From: Acidobacteriota bacterium
GTDB taxonomy: Bacteria; Acidobacteriota; UBA6911; RPQK01; JAJDTT01
Assembly: GCA_965263035.1 (NCBI GenBank)
Contig: OZ253580.1
Coordinates: 4,768,001 to 4,832,000 of the forward strand
Direction of reading: 5' to 3'
Length of the DNA: 64,000 nucleotides
Below, piece after piece: positions 56,561 through 64,000 of this stretch; the stretch's first letter is position 1, and each line of letters starts with the position of its first letter. The position numbers were made by a program, and so were the translations under genes. The notes beneath the pieces are model-generated. The model did no database searches. It saw nothing but the letters and a program-made list of their open reading frames with translations, and was not told the DNA's origin.

Positions 56561-57580
56561 ATGATCGGAAATTTGATCTCACGGTGTCGGCGCGGGACCG
56601 CGGTCGGGTGGACTGTACTCCTCCTCGCTGGGAGCCTAACGGCTCAGGATGAAGCCTCAACGCCGGCCGAGGTGTGGGAGCGGATCAAGGGAACGGAAGA
56701 TCCGGGAGTCTTTGAGGCGTACATCGATCGATACCAGAACGTTTCGGAGGCCGAAATCTACGTCGAGCTAGCGAAGTTCGAGTTGGAGGCGTTGCCGCCG
56801 GCGGAGTGGAGCAACAGCCTCGGAATGGAGTTCGTGCGGGTACCGGCCGGCGAGTTCCGGATGGGGTCGGAGAGCGGGTTTGCGGACGATGACGAGAAAC
56901 CGGTGACTCGGGTGAAGATCAGCCGGGCGTTCTATCTGGGGAAATACGAGGTGACTCAGGGTCAATGGGAGACGGTGATGGGATCGAATCCCTCGGATTT
57001 CAAGAACTGCGGTCGAGATTGCCCGGTGGAGAGTGTTTCGTGGGACGACGTGCAGCAGTTCGTCAGGGAGCTGAACGGCATGGAGGTTGGAGCGAGGTAC
57101 CGGTTGCCGACGGAGGCCGAGTGGGAGTACGCGGCGCGGGCGGGAACTCGGACGGACACGCCGGCAGGAGATTTAGATTTAGTGGGGACCAGCAACGCGC
57201 CGATGTTGGACCGGATCGCGTGGTACGGCGGCAACAGCGGCGTGAGGTACGATGGCGGGGTCGATTGTTCGGACTGGAATGAAAAGCAGTACCCGTCAAC
57301 GTGGTGCGGGACCCATCCGGTCGGGGGGAAGGCTGTGAATGATTTCGGGCTGCACGACATGCTGGGGAACGCGTGGGAGTGGGTAGAGGACCGATACGGG
57401 GAGTACCCTGGAGGCGGCAGTGTCACAGATCCCAAGGGCCCTGCGACGGGCTCCCTTCGGGTCCGTCGGGGGGGCGGTTGGAGCCACGACGCTCTCGGCT
57501 GCCGGTCGGCGTATCGCGCCGGCGTCATCCCCGGCAATCGCTACCACTACCTGGGTTTCCGCCTCCTGAGGGTCGAATGA
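56561..57580 (+). CDS. Secreted FGE/SUMF1 (C-type-lectin-fold) domain protein
   Basis: FRMGS, YEVTQGQW, RLPTEAEWEYAARAG, GLHDMLGNAWEW, RGG..W, GFRL; GGAGG RBS. Confidence 0.92.
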   Translation: MIGNLISRCRRGTAVGWTVLLLAGSLTAQDEASTPAEVWERIKGTEDPGVFEAYIDRYQNVSEAEIYVELAKFELEALPPAEWSNSLGMEFVRVPAGEFRMGSESGFADDDEKPVTRVKISRAFYLGKYEVTQGQWETVMGSNPSDFKNCGRDCPVESVSWDDVQQFVRELNGMEVGARYRLPTEAEWEYAARAGTRTDTPAGDLDLVGTSNAPMLDRIAWYGGNSGVRYDGGVDCSDWNEKQYPSTWCGTHPVGGKAVNDFGLHDMLGNAWEWVEDRYGEYPGGGSVTDPKGPATGSLRVRRGGGWSHDALGCRSAYRAGVIPGNRYHYLGFRLLRVE

Positions 57581-57809
57581 TCCGTCCCTGCCACGCCGCG
57601 ATAAGTCGATGAACCCGGGCAATCACTCCAATCGTGGACCCCGAGTCGTTCAGACTCGCCGCTCGGCGACGAACTCATGGGGCCAGATTGATTCTGCCCG
57701 CCTGCTGGACCCGGGCAACCGCAATGGTCGCCCCGATGTCGACACGGCATGGCCGGCGGGCCTGTCCGGTCCCGGTGGGCCAGGAAAACACTGCGGCGGG
57801 TTAAAGGAA

Positions 57810-57834
57810 GGGCAACCACGAGGGTTGCCCCTAC
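57810..57834 (-). repeat. GTAG-foot REP-like hairpin
   Basis: Reverse complement GTAGGGGCAACCCTCGTGGTTGCCC directly after the VOC stop. Confidence 0.7.
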
Positions 57835-57835
57835 G

Positions 57836-58345
57836 CTATTCGCTCCATTCGAAGTCGTGCACGATCTGGCCTCCGGTGCCCGTCTCGTTCAGCTCCAGGA
57901 GGTTGCCGTCGGGATCGTAGAAGAAGAGCACGTGCCAATCCCCCTCACCCGAGAAGCGGACCGGAGGCGAGATGAACTCGACGCCCTCCGCCTTCAATTG
58001 TTCATAGATCGCGGGCAGGTTCTCCACTCCGAAGCAGATGTGCGCACTGGGCACGTGGTGGACCTCGTATCTCGCCTGGGGGCTTTCCGGTTTCAACCAC
58101 TGGATGATGTCGAAGGTCAACGCCACCCCTTCGTCGTTCCGGTCGTAGCCCTGGACGCCCTCCGGAGCCCGCATGCGGTATTCGCGCATGTGGCAGCCCG
58201 GCTTGTCCACCATCTCCGCCACCGGGCCCGCGATGTGCTCTTCCGGAGTCACCACCTCCAGGCCCAGCAGATCGCGATAGAAGTGCAGGGATTTCTCGAT
58301 GTCGCTCACCATGACGGCGATGTGGTCGATCTTCTTCAGGTACAT
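57836..58345 (-). CDS. VOC/glyoxalase family protein
   Basis: IDHIAVMVSDIEKSLHFY, HICF, FYDPDGNLLEL. Confidence 0.88.
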   Translation of the reverse strand: MYLKKIDHIAVMVSDIEKSLHFYRDLLGLEVVTPEEHIAGPVAEMVDKPGCHMREYRMRAPEGVQGYDRNDEGVALTFDIIQWLKPESPQARYEVHHVPSAHICFGVENLPAIYEQLKAEGVEFISPPVRFSGEGDWHVLFFYDPDGNLLELNETGTGGQIVHDFEWSE

Positions 58346-58409
58346 CCGATTTGACTCCTTTCGGTTCGTATCTCCCGGGCGCCGGCCTCGGCAGCCGGAC
58401 GTTCCGGCA

Positions 58410-59159
58410 TCACTTGGTGGTATAGCCCCCGTCGGCCACCAGAACCGAGCCGGTGACGAAAGAGGCGTCGTCGCTCACCAGAAAGAGAATGCAGTTGGCC
58501 ACCTCTCCCGGATCGGCGAACCGTTCCAGCAGGTTGCTCTTGCGGTAGGGCGCCAGGTGTTCCTCCGGCACCCCGTCCAGCATGGGTGTGTTCATGGAGC
58601 CGGGGCAGACCGTGTTCACCCGGATGCCCTCCAGGGCGTGGTCGTGGGCCATGCACTTGGCCAGGCCGATGAGGCCGTGCTTGGAGGCGTTGTAGGAAGC
58701 CTGTTTCGCGTTGGACACCACGCCGGAGAGGGACGAAATGCAGACGATGTTCCCCGACTTCTGCTTTCGCATCTGCCGGATGGCGTATTTGGAGCAGAGG
58801 AAAGGCCCCTTCAGATTGACCCCCAGGACAAAGTCCCAATCCTCCTCGGTGGTCTCGGGAACGGCCTTCTCCACCTGGACGCCGGCGTTGTTGATGAGTA
58901 TGTCGATCCGGCCGAATCGGGCGACGGTCTCCTCCATCAGGTTGCGGGCGTCGGCCGCCGACGAGACGTCGGCCTTGACGAAGAGGGCTTCGGTCCCGTC
59001 ATTCTGGAGGGATCGGGCCACCCCTGTTCCCGCATCGACGTTGACGTCGGCGATGACCACTTTGGCCCCTTCGGCCGCGAAGAGTCTGGCGGTGGACGCG
59101 CCCAGGCCACTACCGCCGCCGGTGATGATCGCCACCCTGCCGTCCAGTTTTCCGGGCAT
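58410..59159 (-). CDS. SDR family oxidoreductase
   Basis: TGGGSGLG, NNAG, YNASK. Confidence 0.93.
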   Translation of the reverse strand: MPGKLDGRVAIITGGGSGLGASTARLFAAEGAKVVIADVNVDAGTGVARSLQNDGTEALFVKADVSSAADARNLMEETVARFGRIDILINNAGVQVEKAVPETTEEDWDFVLGVNLKGPFLCSKYAIRQMRKQKSGNIVCISSLSGVVSNAKQASYNASKHGLIGLAKCMAHDHALEGIRVNTVCPGSMNTPMLDGVPEEHLAPYRKSNLLERFADPGEVANCILFLVSDDASFVTGSVLVADGGYTTK

Positions 59160-59297
59160 GCTGCTTTCCTCTTTCCGCGCCGCTCGTCCCCGTTCGATTG
59201 GGCGCTCCGGCTGAATGGGTTCGACTTCCTAACCGGCCCGCTTGGCGGCTTTGGCCAAGCCGTCCGGCACTCGACTTAAGGTATTGAATCCGATGCC

Positions 59298-60347
59298 GTG
59301 AGGCAAGCCGTATCGCCGTCCGGGGAATCCTGCAAGGGGCTCCCGGAACGTGTTAGTGTCCGGCTCGTCATGACTCGATGCGTCGCGACCCTGCTCCCGC
59401 TGCTGTTGCTCTGGGCCTGCGCGGCGCCGGTTCCCGATCCCTCCCGCGACGGACGGCTGAGGATCGCCTTCATCTCCAAGTCCTACACCGATCCCTTCTG
59501 GCTGGACGCCATCGACGGCGCCCAACGGGCGGCAGAGGAGCTGGGGGTGGAACTGCTGTTGCACGCCGCCAAGAGCGAGACTCATGTCGTGGATCAGGTC
59601 CAGATCGTGGAGAACATGATTCAGTTGGAAGTGGACGGCATCGTGCTGGCGCCCTGCGATTCCAACGCCCTGTCGCCTGCCGTGTCGAAGGTGAACCAGG
59701 CCGGGATTCCCATCACCGTCATCGACACCGGGATCGCCGAGGGGGATATCGTCACTTTCGCCGCCACCGACAATGTCCTTTGCGGCACCGTGGCCGCCGA
59801 CCGGCTGGCCGACCGCCTTTCGGATCGAGGGAAGGTCGGCGTCATCGCCTGTCCGCCCAGCATTCTGCCCTGCCGGGAAATCATGAACGGTTTCGTGGAA
59901 GGCCTGCGCAAGTATCCCGACCTGGAAATGGTGGGGTCTCCGCTGGGAGTCCCCTTCTGCGACCAGTCCTTCAACGCCACCACCGACCTGCTGACGGCGC
60001 ATCCCGATCTGGCCGGTCTCTATATCTTCGGTGGTCCCGCGGTTCTCTGCGCCGCCCAGGCGGCCGGGGCCTTCGGAAAGAACCTGGGCGAGGATCTGAT
60101 GGTAGTGGGCCGCGGTTCCATCGGCAAAGCGGGGTTGGGGGACCTGGAGGCGGTCAAGCGTGGCGAGCTGGACGCCATGGTCGCCCAGTTTCCCGCCAAG
60201 ATGGGCTATGCCGGCGTCGACAGTCTGGTCAAATTCCGCCGCGGCATCGAATCTACGCCCTTCACCGACACCGGCGTGGTCCTGGTGACGAAGGAGAACG
60301 TGGACGAGTTCATCCGGCAGATCGAGAGCGGGGAGCCGCTCTTGTGA
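59298..60347 (+). CDS. Sugar ABC transporter substrate-binding lipoprotein (RbsB-like; start probably near 59370)
   Basis: LWAC lipobox, DPFW, VDGIVLAP, ATDN, AQFPAKMG, DTG. Confidence 0.85.
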   Translation: MRQAVSPSGESCKGLPERVSVRLVMTRCVATLLPLLLLWACAAPVPDPSRDGRLRIAFISKSYTDPFWLDAIDGAQRAAEELGVELLLHAAKSETHVVDQVQIVENMIQLEVDGIVLAPCDSNALSPAVSKVNQAGIPITVIDTGIAEGDIVTFAATDNVLCGTVAADRLADRLSDRGKVGVIACPPSILPCREIMNGFVEGLRKYPDLEMVGSPLGVPFCDQSFNATTDLLTAHPDLAGLYIFGGPAVLCAAQAAGAFGKNLGEDLMVVGRGSIGKAGLGDLEAVKRGELDAMVAQFPAKMGYAGVDSLVKFRRGIESTPFTDTGVVLVTKENVDEFIRQIESGEPLL

Positions 60348-61150
60348 TCGTTCCGGAAAGCGCCTCCGGAACCGCGACCGGACCCGCTGGCGGGGCCGGC
60401 CGCGCAGCTCTCCTGGAGGCGGTGGGTATCACCAAACGATTCGGCGCGCTGACGGCGGTCGACGGCGCCGATCTCACCGTCGGCCGGGCTGAGATCGTGG
60501 GCTTGGTGGGCGGCAACGGGGCCGGAAAATCGACACTGATCCACCTCATCTCCGGCGTCGATCGACCCGATCGAGGACACTTCTTGATGGAGGGCCGGCC
60601 GCTTCGACCGGGGAGCCCTGCCGATGCCCGGTTTCAGGGAATCGAGACCGTTTACCAGGACCTGGCGCTCCTGGGCGAACTGGACGTGACCGCCAACATC
60701 TTCATGGGACGGGAGTGGCGCCGGGGCGTCCCCGGGCTCCGCTGGCTGGCGGAGAAGTCCATGAAGGCCAAGGCGGAAGAGTTGATCCGCAGGCTCGGCT
60801 ACGACTTCCGCGCCTCAACCCGGGTGCGTTACCTTTCGGGGGGACAGCGCCAGGCGGTAGCCCTGGCCCGTGCCCTACTGGCCCGCGCCAAGCTGATCCT
60901 GATGGACGAACCGACGGCGGCCCTGGGGGTCGCGGAGACCCGAAAGACGCTGGACCTGATCCGGAGGTTTCGGGACGAGGGAGTCTCCCTGATCGTGATC
61001 GGTCACGAGTTGGACGACATCTTCTCCATCGCCGACCGGATCGTGGTCATGAGGAAGGGGGCGACGGTGGCCGACCTGAGGACCCGTTCCACGAACCAGG
61101 ACGAGGTCGTCGACCTGATGCTGAAGGGCCCGCTTCCGTCCAGGAGTTGA
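60344..61150 (+). CDS. Sugar ABC transporter ATP-binding protein
   Basis: GGNGAGKST, LSGGQRQ, MDEPT; GTGA overlap with the upstream stop. Confidence 0.9.
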   Translation: MIVPESASGTATGPAGGAGRAALLEAVGITKRFGALTAVDGADLTVGRAEIVGLVGGNGAGKSTLIHLISGVDRPDRGHFLMEGRPLRPGSPADARFQGIETVYQDLALLGELDVTANIFMGREWRRGVPGLRWLAEKSMKAKAEELIRRLGYDFRASTRVRYLSGGQRQAVALARALLARAKLILMDEPTAALGVAETRKTLDLIRRFRDEGVSLIVIGHELDDIFSIADRIVVMRKGATVADLRTRSTNQDEVVDLMLKGPLPSRS

Positions 61151-61157
61151 CCGGCCC

Positions 61158-62165
61158 GTGGATTGGAATCGTTCGCTTCAAGTTTTGGTCTCCCGCTTGA
61201 CGAGCCGGGGTCTGCATCCCGCCTTGCTGAAGCTCACCCGGCTCAAGGCGCTGCTGGCGGCCACCCTCATTCTGGTGGCCGTCGTGTCCATGATCTCTCC
61301 CGTCTTTCTCACCACTCGAAATTTCCTCAACATCCTGGAACAGCTCTCCATCAACGCCATCGTCGCGGTCGGCATGACCTTTGTCATCATCGCCGCCGGG
61401 ATCGACCTCTCGGTGGGCTCGATCCTGGCCCTGGGGAGCATGGGAACGGCCGGGCTTCTGGTCTCCGGGATCCCGGTCCCGGGCGCTATCGTAGGAGGGT
61501 TGCTCGTGGGGACCGCCGCCGGTGCGGTCAACGGCGTCGCCGTGGCCTACGGCCGGATCCCGGCCTTCATCATGACCCTGGGGATGCTCAACGTCGCCCG
61601 GGGAACCGTCATGTTCCTGACCAGCGGCAACTCCATCGTCGGCCTCCCGGAGAGCTTCCTGTTTCTGGGCAAGGGGCGCATCGGTCCGATCCCCGTGCTG
61701 GTGTTGATCACCGCGGCGGTCTACCTGATCGGCCACCTGGTGCTGGTGAAGACCCGCTTCGGGCGCTACACCTTCGCCATCGGCAACGATCCCGAAACGG
61801 CCCGCCGCCTGGGGGTCCGCGTCAAGCGCCACCAGTTCCTGCTCTACGCCCTGAGCGGCGGACTGGCTTCCTTTGCGGGGATTCTGCTGGCGGCCCGTCT
61901 GAACTCGGCCCTCACCCTGGCGGGGACCGGGGCCGAGCTGGACGTGATCGCGGCGGTGGTCATCGGGGGGACGAGCCTGTACGGGGGACGGGGCTCCATG
62001 CCGGGGACGCTGTTGGGCGTGATCTTCTTTCAGATCGTCCGCAACGCCCTGAACATCCTGGGCATCTCGGTCTTCGTGCAGCAGGTGGCCGTGGGCGCCC
62101 TGCTCATCTTCAGCGCTCTGGCCGACTTCCTCTACGATCGATGGGGGCGGCAGGAAGGGAGTTGA
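61158..62165 (+). CDS. Sugar ABC transporter permease (RbsC-like)
   Basis: GIDLSVGS, ELDVIAAVVIGGTSLYGGRG. Confidence 0.92.
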   Translation: MDWNRSLQVLVSRLTSRGLHPALLKLTRLKALLAATLILVAVVSMISPVFLTTRNFLNILEQLSINAIVAVGMTFVIIAAGIDLSVGSILALGSMGTAGLLVSGIPVPGAIVGGLLVGTAAGAVNGVAVAYGRIPAFIMTLGMLNVARGTVMFLTSGNSIVGLPESFLFLGKGRIGPIPVLVLITAAVYLIGHLVLVKTRFGRYTFAIGNDPETARRLGVRVKRHQFLLYALSGGLASFAGILLAARLNSALTLAGTGAELDVIAAVVIGGTSLYGGRGSMPGTLLGVIFFQIVRNALNILGISVFVQQVAVGALLIFSALADFLYDRWGRQEGS

Positions 62166-62181
62166 ATCGCTTGGCGCGGTG

Positions 62182-62970
62182 TCAGCCGCTCTCCGCCTTC
62201 CCGGATTGGGAGGCCCGAAAGGTTTCCAAGGCGGACTTGGCCCCGCCGAGCAGAAGGCTGTAGTCGCTCCCGTAGCCCAGGAAGATGAACCCCTGCTCCA
62301 GGCGGTGCGCCAGGTCTTCCGGGCTCCCGACGCCGATGCCGATGGCCACGCCGGTGTCCCGGCCCACCTGCAGAGCCTTGTCGATCACGGCGTCCGTCTC
62401 GGGATTCGGCTGACGCCTGGGGTCCACACCCAGAGCCAGCGACAAATCCCACATGCCCATGTAGAGCAGGTCGACCCCCGGCACGGACGCGATCCGCTCC
62501 AGGTCTTGGACCGCCTCGGCGGTCTCCAGCAGCAGACCCACCAGGATGTTCCGGTTGGCCCGTTCCAGGTAGTCGTTGTAATCGAGGGTGTAGCGGGACG
62601 CGCGCAGAGGACCGAAGCCTCGCTTTCCTTCCGGAGGATAACGGGTGGCGGCCACCACCGCCTCCGCCTCCTCCACGGTCTTCACCATGGGGACGATGAT
62701 CCCCATGGCGCCTATATCCAGAGCCTTCTGTATGGCGAACAGGTCCGAGGGCGGGACCCGGACCATGGGCATGGCGCCGGAACCGTCGATGGCCATGAGC
62801 ATGCGCTCGACCTGAGCCGAATCCAGGGCGTTGTGCTCGGTTTCGACCAGCAGCCATTCGTACCCGGAGTAGGCTAGCAACTCGGCCACCGAGGGACTGC
62901 CCAGTCCCAGAAAACATCCGACGGCGGCTTCACCCGCGATGACCTTCTGACGTATCCGATTGTCCTTCAT
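62182..62970 (-). CDS. HpcH/HpaI aldolase family protein
   Basis: ETEH, KALDIGAMGIIVPMV, RYPPEGKRG, LET; start placed at MKDNR. Confidence 0.88.
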   Translation of the reverse strand: MKDNRIRQKVIAGEAAVGCFLGLGSPSVAELLAYSGYEWLLVETEHNALDSAQVERMLMAIDGSGAMPMVRVPPSDLFAIQKALDIGAMGIIVPMVKTVEEAEAVVAATRYPPEGKRGFGPLRASRYTLDYNDYLERANRNILVGLLLETAEAVQDLERIASVPGVDLLYMGMWDLSLALGVDPRRQPNPETDAVIDKALQVGRDTGVAIGIGVGSPEDLAHRLEQGFIFLGYGSDYSLLLGGAKSALETFRASQSGKAESG

Positions 62971-63324
62971 GTCAGTGAACCTCCGTTGAGAATCGGCCCG
63001 CAGAAGATAAGGGACGGGGAGAGGTGTGTCAAAGCCGGTCGAGGCATCGTGCCAATTGCGGGCGACGAGTCCGCAAGGAGCAAGGGATTGGACCATGCCA
63101 ATGCAACGGGCATGTCAGCGGGTCATGGCCAATCGCTGAGGGCATTCAGGATGCCTTCGATCGTGATTGGGGCAGCGCCGTCCTGACCGCGAAATACCGG
63201 AATGCCATCATCATCGATGGTGACTGTAATTCGCATGGGAACAGCGTCGCATCATCCCATCAATCCGATGGAACTCTGGGCGACCCGAATCGGCGGCTAG
63301 AAAACGACCGCTCCGGGCCGCCGG

Positions 63325-63738
63325 TCACTCGTCCTTGATCTCGGCCTCGAGGATGACAGCGGCTTCTTTTCCGCCGAACCTGGATTGAAACACGGTCATG
63401 CCTGCGAACTCGTACTCAGGGGGCGCCTCGTTCATCTCCTTTTGCATGGTGCTGGTCCGGCTGGTTGCAAGGAGTAGGTAGCGGAAACGCCGACCTTCGG
63501 AGTCCAGCGACATGATGACGACCACCTCGTTGCCGCCGAAAGCGGTCTCACCCCCTTGGGTGCCGGCGAAGCGGTAGCCCCGCGCGCCGACTTCGTTGAG
63601 CTCTTTCTCCATGGTGCCGGTCCGGCTGGTGGCCAGAAGCAGGAACTTGTCTTGTTGCCCGGCATCCTGGTCCTGGGCGGGAAGATTCGGGGCAAGCAGC
63701 ACGAGGGCGGTCGTGAGGGAGCTGAAGATCTTGGTCAA
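63325..63738 (-). CDS. Small secreted hypothetical protein with two internal repeats
   Basis: Signal peptide; FLLLATSRTGTMEKELNE / YLLLATSRTSTMQKEMNE. Confidence 0.75.
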   Translation of the reverse strand: MTKIFSSLTTALVLLAPNLPAQDQDAGQQDKFLLLATSRTGTMEKELNEVGARGYRFAGTQGGETAFGGNEVVVIMSLDSEGRRFRYLLLATSRTSTMQKEMNEAPPEYEFAGMTVFQSRFGGKEAAVILEAEIKDE

Positions 63739-64000
63739 CGTTTTTCCTCCTGTTGGGACTCACTGGGCGTCAGATACGTTTGTTGGTGTCAGTATGAACG
63801 GAAAAACCCAGGAACGGGAGAGGGCGAGGAGTCGTTTAGGTTAAGAGCGAAAATCCAAGTTACGAGGTTTCGTGCGTCAGGCATCTTGATTTCGATCGCC
63901 CATCCGATACCACCGGGGGCGTGCTCCGAGCACAACTTGGTCCCCCGGCCGATTTCGCTATAATCGGGATGAGTGACTGAGAAAATATTTCTATCGTCAT

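Noticed and set aside
54880-57830. A complete DGR cassette beside the FGE gene
   Set aside because: I found no AAC-rich template repeat, RT motif or avd-like ORF in the window
3659-62877. Long antisense or alternate-frame ORFs (e.g. 3659..5140, 10106..11899, 25035..26654, 33721..35646, 35751..37382, 61163..62263)
   Set aside because: Shadow ORFs expected at high GC; each overlaps a gene with clear family motifs and has none itself
63950-64000. Possible promoter (TATAAT) and gene start at the window end
   Set aside because: Too little sequence to support a CDS call

Overview
GC-rich bacterial window. Gene content (five ASPIC/UnbV-FG-GAP proteins, PSD1/DUF1501 modules, a PVC-type heme protein, plant-type LRR proteins) suggests an Acidobacteriota or PVC-like, possibly host-associated organism; this is inference. 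From left to right it holds a BsuBI/PstI-family type II R-M pair, small catabolic genes, an array of secreted CRTAC1-like proteins with a TPR protein, two 15-repeat LRR-FN3 proteins that share a Cys-rich C-terminal domain with a stand-alone gene, two DUF1549/1553-DUF1501 operons, a Ccr-like reductase/enoyl-CoA hydratase fusion, several toxin-antitoxin genes and relics, an E1a/E1b/E2 dehydrogenase cluster, an FGE-fold protein whose 3' end looks like a DGR variable region, and a sugar ABC/SDR/aldolase block. Non-coding structure includes a ~166-bp MITE family (4 copies), a second MITE at the end of one copy, two REP-like hairpin families, a 56-bp duplication of the E2 gene 3' end, and an AT-rich MITE-bracketed segment with a structured leader. 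I saw no rRNA, tRNA, CRISPR array, transposase, integrase or reverse transcriptase. All family calls come from motif recognition by eye, not from database searches.
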